From positions 1 to 31,471 of IMG/VR virus record IMGVR_UViG_3300012940_001425: a DNA stretch of 31,471 nt. One strand, 5' to 3'. The notes below the pieces were generated by a model. It saw only the letters and a program-made list of their open reading frames with translations. It was not told where the DNA came from and made no database searches. Each line of letters opens with the position of its first letter. Within the stretch, counting starts at the first letter, position 1. This stretch comes from a virus. Taxonomy: Duplodnaviria > Caudoviricetes. The translations under genes and the position numbers were made by a program. Below are positions 25,340 through 31,471 of the stretch, one piece after another.

Positions 25340-25386
25340 ATTAAGTTTATTTGATTCGCACTAATATAAATAAAAAAGTAAAGAAA

Positions 25387-25575
25387 ATGGCAGAAGGAAC
25401 AAAAGACGTAACAACAGACTTGCAGGCGCGCACCGACCTACAGACAACAGACAGGTTATTGATGGTGAATCCGGTAACAAAAGAGGTGCAGTATGTGGAG
25501 GTTGAGAAGGTTAACAAATCTGCTTCCGATTCAAGTATACCAACATCATCTGACGAAACTTTTATAATGGTTTAG
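25387..25575 (+). CDS. small tail-associated hypothetical protein
   Basis: ATG 25387 follows an A-rich leader. The ORF ends 2 nt before the tailspike. Confidence 0.65.
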   Translation: MAEGTKDVTTDLQARTDLQTTDRLLMVNPVTKEVQYVEVEKVNKSASDSSIPTSSDETFIMV

Positions 25576-25577
25576 AC

Positions 25578-27485
25578 ATGGCAAGATTAGCAATAGATTC
25601 ACAGGGGCGACAAACGATAGTCGACAATTTTGACCGGTTCACGGGACAGCCCTTCAATGCTGAGAAAGTGACCAAATGGCACGACGGGACGGATATGGAT
25701 GATTCTAAAGTAGACAATGTGATTTATTTTAAGGCGCCATCCAATCTTGGAGGCGGTTATGCGAAGAGAAATGAAGATTGGAAGCTAAATGCGAAGTGGT
25801 TCGGAGCAAAGGGCGATGGTGTGACTGATGATACACTGTCTATCAGAAAAGCTATAGATTCTTTGAAAGACAGCAGCGTCTTATATTTTCCCCCCGGAAA
25901 ATATAAAATAAGCCGCAATGCCCACTCTCCCTTAGCAATCGAAGGTATAAACACGTATGTGCTGAGAATTATGGCTAAAAAAAACCTGACGATTTCAGGT
26001 TATGGGGCTGAAATTATTCAACCTGATGTAGATGTAGATGGTGTATCTCTCGGAATATTTAATTGTGAAAATGTCCATATTGAAGGATTAGAGTTTGATG
26101 GTGAACATATCTATGATATAGATAACGAAATAAACCATAAACAACAGCTATTTCATCTCATAAAGTGTCAGAAGATTTCGATTATGAGGTGCTCATTTCG
26201 TAGAGCTTCTGGAGCTGGATTACTTATAACCAACATGTATAAGAAGCCAGTTACCCGTTCACCCAATAATGACAATGTTATTATTTTTGGTTGCACCTTT
26301 GAGAACATTACACAGGCCACGACGTATGGAGCAGGTACAGCTTTAATGAGAATTATTGGAAATTCTTTTAAAAATACTTACTTATCCGCATTTAAATTAT
26401 CGTCAGACCAGTCGGACACAATTGCTGGTGATGATATGCAATATAGAGATGTTGTTATTTCTGATAATATCGCTGTGTGGGATGATAATTATGTAAATCC
26501 AAATAACGGAGGTGTACCAAATAATTATTTTACCGGTATTGACTGTGTGTCAAACGTTAAATCTCTAATCATTACAAATAATATTCTTGAATTTGACGGT
26601 CACGGACCCTCTGGAACGGGGATTAAAATCAATTGGGCTGAATCTGGGCAATCTACAACAGATATCGGTTATGCAAATAAAAATATCCTGATAACCGGAA
26701 ATATAATCAGGAACTTGTCTTCAGGTTCGGCCGCTATTCAATTGAGCCCTTATGTAAGTGCACTGACAATCGCTAATAACCTCTTTGAAAACTGCCACAA
26801 TGGTATCAGGGTCAATGTTATGGGGGCAAGTATCACGGGCTTCGAAGCCTCTACACATATAATTGAATCAAATCAATTTATCAATATTGGCAATGCAAAC
26901 ATTATAACAGATTCGCTCTTCATATATAATATGCTGATCAAGAACAATTCATGTTCAGGTAGCGGCGACCTGCAATTCATCTATATTAATTCTAACTGTA
27001 ACGTTACCAATCTGGTTATAGAAAATAACGATTCGAATAAAAATATTTCCATAAATAAGTTTGATAAACTTCTTATTAAGAATAATAATATCAGTACTAC
27101 ATCTTCGGTGGCAATATTTGTTGACGGCGCTGAGAAGCAGGCAGATAGTGTGGCGATAATATCAGGAAATACAGTGATGGGCGGGAATGGATCGCTGGTA
27201 AGAAATTGCGGGAAAGCTGTGTTTGATGAAAACAAATATTTCTGCAACGGTGATCAGAAAGCCGCACGGTTCTCACTTATTGACAATCTTTACATAAGCG
27301 CCAACGTCATAGAATCTGCATCCGGTAATTATGGCCTGACAGATGTTGTTGCTGCTTTTGGAAACTATAACGGAACAGGCGTTCCTGAATTAGAATTGGC
27401 AAATGGATCGCAATATTCAAGATTGGACGGTAGTGGCGATTGCTTGTACTTGCGCAGGTCCGGCAATTGGATAGCAATTGGATAA
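25578..27485 (+). CDS. tailspike / polysaccharide depolymerase (pectate-lyase-like right-handed beta-helix)
   Basis: NAKWFGAKGDGVTDDT...LYFPPGKYKI is followed by Asn/Ile-rich IxxN repeats. Confidence 0.85.
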   Translation: MARLAIDSQGRQTIVDNFDRFTGQPFNAEKVTKWHDGTDMDDSKVDNVIYFKAPSNLGGGYAKRNEDWKLNAKWFGAKGDGVTDDTLSIRKAIDSLKDSSVLYFPPGKYKISRNAHSPLAIEGINTYVLRIMAKKNLTISGYGAEIIQPDVDVDGVSLGIFNCENVHIEGLEFDGEHIYDIDNEINHKQQLFHLIKCQKISIMRCSFRRASGAGLLITNMYKKPVTRSPNNDNVIIFGCTFENITQATTYGAGTALMRIIGNSFKNTYLSAFKLSSDQSDTIAGDDMQYRDVVISDNIAVWDDNYVNPNNGGVPNNYFTGIDCVSNVKSLIITNNILEFDGHGPSGTGIKINWAESGQSTTDIGYANKNILITGNIIRNLSSGSAAIQLSPYVSALTIANNLFENCHNGIRVNVMGASITGFEASTHIIESNQFINIGNANIITDSLFIYNMLIKNNSCSGSGDLQFIYINSNCNVTNLVIENNDSNKNISINKFDKLLIKNNNISTTSSVAIFVDGAEKQADSVAIISGNTVMGGNGSLVRNCGKAVFDENKYFCNGDQKAARFSLIDNLYISANVIESASGNYGLTDVVAAFGNYNGTGVPELELANGSQYSRLDGSGDCLYLRRSGNWIAIG

Positions 27486-27489
27486 TAGC

Positions 27490-30288
27490 ATGGTATTACA
27501 ACTATACAGGAACGGCTCCAAAACGGTACAGGTGGACATAGACGAGAACACCGTCTACACGCATGAGGTTATAGGTGTGCATGAGATAAAGGCTTCCTTT
27601 ATAACTAACAACCTACTCGATATAAAGGTCGATGACTATATCATGTTCAGAGGTGAACGCTATAACATCAACGTAGAATTTCCTGTAAAAAAAGTAAGCA
27701 ACTTCCAGTACGAATACGAGATAACATTCGAGGGATATGTGTATTGGTTAAAGGAGCGCATATTAAGGCATTTAGGTGATATTGAGTTTTCCTATTTCGG
27801 CGAGGCAAGGGCATTCATACAGCTGATAGTTGATGTTATGAACGAAGAGGACGAAGGTTGGTCGGTTGGCACTGTTGATGATACAGAGGAAAAGTCAATT
27901 GATTTCTACGGAGAGGAAAAAGGATACACCTGCAAAGGCGCCCTCATGCTTATTAGCGAAACCTTCACCCTCGAATTTTGGCTAACCGGAAAAACCATTC
28001 ATTTGACCAAACAGGCAGGCGTAGATACGGCTATCGATTTTGAATATGGCCGTGGGAAAGGTTTATATTCAATTACCCGTGGAGGGCTTGAAAATCCTCT
28101 TTATAACCGTATATATGGATTTGGAGGAACAACCAACATCCCGCAAGGTTACAGAGGTGGTGCGAAGCGGTTGGTGTTCGAGGCTAGGAAACTGGAACGG
28201 CCGTTGGCACCAGGGGAACGCAGGCGGGAAACGTCCGTAATATTCGATGATATTTATCCGCATAGGACGGGCACACTTACTGCTGTCAGCGATGATTGGC
28301 TGAGCTTAACGGACACATCCATCAATTTTGACCTTAAGGGGCAACGCATCGGATCGGAAAACGTAAAAATAAGCTTTACCTCGGGTGACCTTTCCGGGAA
28401 GGAATACGAAATAGACAGGTACAACCATTCAACAAAAACGATGGTCATATTGCCTTTTGAGGAGGAAAACGGATATGTAACTCCGAAAGCCGAAAGGCAT
28501 GCGAATGTCGGTGATACGTATGTGCTGCTCAACCTGAACATGCCACAATCGTATGTTACGGATGCAGAGAATGAACTACAGTTAGCGACAGATAATATTT
28601 TCAAACAGCTTTCCCGCCCTCCGTATGAGGTTGAAATTGATGAGAAATATGTGCGCGATAATGGATTTATCATTAATGCCGGTGACCGAGTTAACCTGAA
28701 AGATGCTGCTTTGGCGATTGATGATAAAATACGGGTGACGTCTGTATCTTTCCCGCTCGTAAACCCGAACAAGATCACATGCGTGATATCGGATTCTATT
28801 ACCTATACGAGCGAAGTGCAGCAGGAAATAGATAAGAACAAGGTTAAGGAAGAGGTTAAGATAGTAGACCGTACCAAGTCGGAGCTGGCGCGAAGGAACG
28901 TTCTTGGATTGCGGAGATTACAGAGCCTAACATTCGACCCAGACGGATATTTTGATGTAGATCGTATCAAGCCCTTATCCATTGAAACGTACATGCTTTC
29001 TGTGGGTGCCAAGTCTCAGAACTTCGGGCTTAACGGGGTAACAATAAACGCGAATACAGGCGGCGATCCAAACCACCTTACCCTGAGCGCTGGTTCTCTG
29101 GTGCATTACGAGGTAGAAATTGAAGGGCTTGGATATGTGTGGCAGTTGCAGGCAGCTGATTTCACAGACCTTGACCCGCTTAAATCATACTACCTTGCTG
29201 CCAAATGTGCGGATTATGAGCTGATAGGCGAATGGATAATCAGCGAGCAGCCGATACATACGGATGACATCGATGGGTATTACTGCTTTAATATAGGGGT
29301 TATTTATCCAGTATCTGATGGTTACAGGAGCTTTGACTTTACAAAGGGCATGACCTTTATTGTCGGTGACCAGATTACTACAGGCAAGATAAAAAGTCTT
29401 GACGGCTTGAATTTCTTCGACCTGTCGCAAGGGAAATTCAATCTGGGCGATGAAGAAAGCGGAATCGATTGGGACGTGACCACGCCCGGTGCGCTTACCA
29501 TTCGGGGCGCTATTGCTTCAAGTACCGTGCTTGTTGGTTCGGGCGGCTTTGTAAGTGCCGGGTTGAGCGGCTTGAGCGAGGACGGTGACCAGTCAATCAG
29601 GTTTTGGGCGGGCGCAAGCTTAGAAAACGTTATCAATGCCAATTTTAAGGTGCTCAATAACGGAGATACGTATGTTAGAAAACTCATCATGGGTTATGGC
29701 GGCAACTCGCAGGGATGGGTAGTATCAAGCACAGGCATCATTTCAGACCCTCCAACCGGCGGTGCAGATAACTTTGCTCTTATCCGGGGTCGGAGCCTTA
29801 AATCACAGTTCAGTTTTGGAACAGAACTTATTCCTTCGCCATCATCTGTTCAGTTCAGTCTTATCGGCCGTATAGAGAACAACAACCTTGTAGCGGGTTC
29901 GCTTCCAGGAGAAGAAACGGAAAATATTGGCTTGGGAATAAAGGCATGGGGAGCTGACAAAAATATCGCACTGGATATTGACGGTGGGTTTATAAGAGGG
30001 TTGGCGGTTAATACTAAACGCGTCAATACAGGGTATCAGATTTTGAACAATGATGATTCGATCGTAGTCACAAATAATTCAAATGGCGATATATTTCTAC
30101 CTGCAAACCCTGAAATAGGGCAGATGCATTTTATCAGCCATTATAACAGCGTTGATATTACACTTAAATCATCATCGGCTAACATGCGGGTAACAACAAA
30201 TGTTGGTAGCGCATTCAACATCAGTTGGGGCGATTTATGGCAATGGGATGGCCAGTACTGGAACAGATTAGTAGCAAGTTCAGATTAA
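27490..30288 (+). CDS. tail tip / baseplate hub protein
   Basis: FEYGRGKGLYSI...NRIYGFGGTTNIP...FDDIYP and GDRV..D..L.I...IRV resemble prophage tail (Tal-like) proteins. The C-terminus is fibre-like. Confidence 0.75.
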   Translation: MVLQLYRNGSKTVQVDIDENTVYTHEVIGVHEIKASFITNNLLDIKVDDYIMFRGERYNINVEFPVKKVSNFQYEYEITFEGYVYWLKERILRHLGDIEFSYFGEARAFIQLIVDVMNEEDEGWSVGTVDDTEEKSIDFYGEEKGYTCKGALMLISETFTLEFWLTGKTIHLTKQAGVDTAIDFEYGRGKGLYSITRGGLENPLYNRIYGFGGTTNIPQGYRGGAKRLVFEARKLERPLAPGERRRETSVIFDDIYPHRTGTLTAVSDDWLSLTDTSINFDLKGQRIGSENVKISFTSGDLSGKEYEIDRYNHSTKTMVILPFEEENGYVTPKAERHANVGDTYVLLNLNMPQSYVTDAENELQLATDNIFKQLSRPPYEVEIDEKYVRDNGFIINAGDRVNLKDAALAIDDKIRVTSVSFPLVNPNKITCVISDSITYTSEVQQEIDKNKVKEEVKIVDRTKSELARRNVLGLRRLQSLTFDPDGYFDVDRIKPLSIETYMLSVGAKSQNFGLNGVTINANTGGDPNHLTLSAGSLVHYEVEIEGLGYVWQLQAADFTDLDPLKSYYLAAKCADYELIGEWIISEQPIHTDDIDGYYCFNIGVIYPVSDGYRSFDFTKGMTFIVGDQITTGKIKSLDGLNFFDLSQGKFNLGDEESGIDWDVTTPGALTIRGAIASSTVLVGSGGFVSAGLSGLSEDGDQSIRFWAGASLENVINANFKVLNNGDTYVRKLIMGYGGNSQGWVVSSTGIISDPPTGGADNFALIRGRSLKSQFSFGTELIPSPSSVQFSLIGRIENNNLVAGSLPGEETENIGLGIKAWGADKNIALDIDGGFIRGLAVNTKRVNTGYQILNNDDSIVVTNNSNGDIFLPANPEIGQMHFISHYNSVDITLKSSSANMRVTTNVGSAFNISWGDLWQWDGQYWNRLVASSD

Positions 30289-30415
30289 AAACGCCCCCAG
30301 CTTCCTTCTCTGAATTTACCACAAAACAAAAAAGTAAGACGCAATGCATCATGCCGGAGGCGAAGGCTAAGGGACTGTGTATTGCGTCTTTTTGTTTTGT
30401 GGTAGTGCAAATTTA
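30287..30415 (-). ncRNA. structured element / candidate antisense RNA upstream of the methyltransferase
   Basis: A 27-bp interrupted inverted repeat (30317-30348 with 30378-30404), a minus-strand TAAATTTG box at 30415-30408, and a potential pseudoknot between 30292-30301 and 30353-30362. Confidence 0.5.
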
Positions 30416-30428
30416 AATAAAAAAACTG

Positions 30429-31259
30429 ATGAATAAAGAGCTAAAAACACCGATATCGTATTATGGCGGTAAACAAAACCTTGTAAATACCATATTGCCG
30501 TTATTTCCTGACCATACAACATATGTTGAGCCATTTGTTGGTGGTGGTGCCGTTTTTTGGGCAAAGCGTCCAAGTGAAGTGGAGGTGATCAACGACTATA
30601 ACCGTGAGCTGATAAACTTTTATGAGATTGTGCAGAATGAATTCGTTGAACTTGAAAAGATGGTTCGTATAAGTCTACATAGCCGAAGCATACATAATGA
30701 TGCTTCAGTAATCTATAATAACCCCCATATGTTTAGTCGTATACAACGTGCTTGGGCGGTGTGGGTATTGTCTTCACAGTCGTTCAGCGCTATGCTGGAT
30801 GGATCATGGGGATACGACAAAGTAAAAGGTACAACTAGCCAAAAGATAGGTAATAAACGTGAGGGGTTTACATTGGATTATGCAATCAGATTGCAGAGTG
30901 TGCAGATAGAGTGCACAGATGCTTTAAGAATAATCCGGAGCCGCGATCATGTTGGAGCTTTCCATTATTGTGATCCGCCATACTTCAATAGTGACTGCGG
31001 TCACTACGATGGTTATAGTGCGAATGATTTTGAAGCACTTTTAAGCCTGCTGGAACAATGTGAGGGAAAATTCTTAATCAGTAGTTATCCAAGCGATTTG
31101 CTTGCTTCTTATAGCCTTAAAAACGGCTGGTGTACAAAACGTATCGACCAGCCTGTTAGTGTAGCCCACGGAACCGGCGGCGGTGGTAAGAGAAAGATTG
31201 AAGTAATGACTGCTAATTATGATCTTAGCAATCCAAGAGATGATTTAAAGTTGTTTTAA
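30429..31259 (+). CDS. DNA adenine methyltransferase (Dam/D12 class), orphan
   Basis: Has YYGGK, YVEPFVGGGAVF, EVIND and the catalytic DPPY. Confidence 0.92.
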   Translation: MNKELKTPISYYGGKQNLVNTILPLFPDHTTYVEPFVGGGAVFWAKRPSEVEVINDYNRELINFYEIVQNEFVELEKMVRISLHSRSIHNDASVIYNNPHMFSRIQRAWAVWVLSSQSFSAMLDGSWGYDKVKGTTSQKIGNKREGFTLDYAIRLQSVQIECTDALRIIRSRDHVGAFHYCDPPYFNSDCGHYDGYSANDFEALLSLLEQCEGKFLISSYPSDLLASYSLKNGWCTKRIDQPVSVAHGTGGGGKRKIEVMTANYDLSNPRDDLKLF

Positions 31260-31280
31260 AAGCCCTTTAATAGGGCTTTT
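31258..31280. terminator. bidirectional intrinsic terminator
   Basis: aaaagccct-ttaat-agggctttt lies between convergent genes. Confidence 0.8.
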
Positions 31281-31282
31281 AT

Positions 31283-31471
31283 CTAACCGATGCTGTGCAT
31301 AATTACATCCGGTGTCTCTTTGACAGTGATTATCGGCACATTAGGACTGTTTGCAATAATAACACTTGTGTAATCATCTCCCTCATATCTATTGAATATT
31401 ACTATGTGATTCGTGTTTACATAATAAATAGAACTATTGGAAGTGTCTGTTAGTTTAATAATTTTTGTCAT
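31283..31471 (-). CDS. small hypothetical protein (FlbD-like pattern)
   Basis: Has an IYYVNTNHI...ITVKETPDVI pattern. The start is at the window edge. Confidence 0.55.
   Translation of the reverse strand: MTKIIKLTDTSNSSIYYVNTNHIVIFNRYEGDDYTSVIIANSPNVPIITVKETPDVIMHSIG

Larger units (their letters stand above)
1..31280. mobile_element. Mu-like temperate siphophage/prophage (partial)
   Basis: Contains a Mu-type portal, MuF, gpG, gp36-like and DUF3164-like genes with full head, tail and lysis modules. The transposase and termini are not visible in this window. Confidence 0.88.

Noticed and set aside
25578-30288. Remote DGR variable repeat in the tail genes
   Set aside because: No match to the constant ggttcgtcccgcggtttcgcg anchor was seen by eye. 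A computational search is still needed to exclude a diverged copy.
10047-30573. Numerous 60-170 aa ORFs antisense to or nested in structural genes
   Set aside because: They overlap well-supported genes completely and show no recognisable motifs.
31283-31471. Flagellar gene flbD, or the prophage right end
   Set aside because: There is only a loose pattern resemblance and no flagellar context. No terminal TG...CA end or transposase-binding repeats could be identified.

Overview
The window is most of a Mu-like (transposable-type) temperate siphophage or prophage, probably from a Bacteroidota host. The host call is inferred from TAnnTTTG promoter boxes, A-rich starts without Shine-Dalgarno sites and gene content. 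The transposase and left end are not in the window. Layout: (1) early/accessory genes, 1-9285 (+); (2) an inverted packaging/head-completion operon, 15454->9369 (-), with terminases, a gp36-like protein, portal, MuF, gpG and a gp37-like protein; (3) protease/scaffold, capsid, lysis and non-contractile tail genes, 15570-30288 (+); (4) a Dam-like methyltransferase at the position Mu uses for mom. The standout system is a compact diversity-generating retroelement (DGR) in the early region. It has one template repeat (~2642-2717), two tandem small paralogous non-tail target genes with adenine-specific variable repeats, and a 319-aa DGR-type reverse transcriptase. There is no avd gene, but a 105-aa ORF overlaps the RT end. 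Other signals visible in the sequence are a -1 frameshift cassette that would fuse portal to a toxin-tipped MuF, a candidate small RNA where the MuF immunity gene is expected, an endolysin fused to a u-spanin-like module, a C4-like antisense RNA in front of the antirepressor, and a structured antisense RNA in front of the methyltransferase. Family names come from motif recognition by eye, not from database searches.
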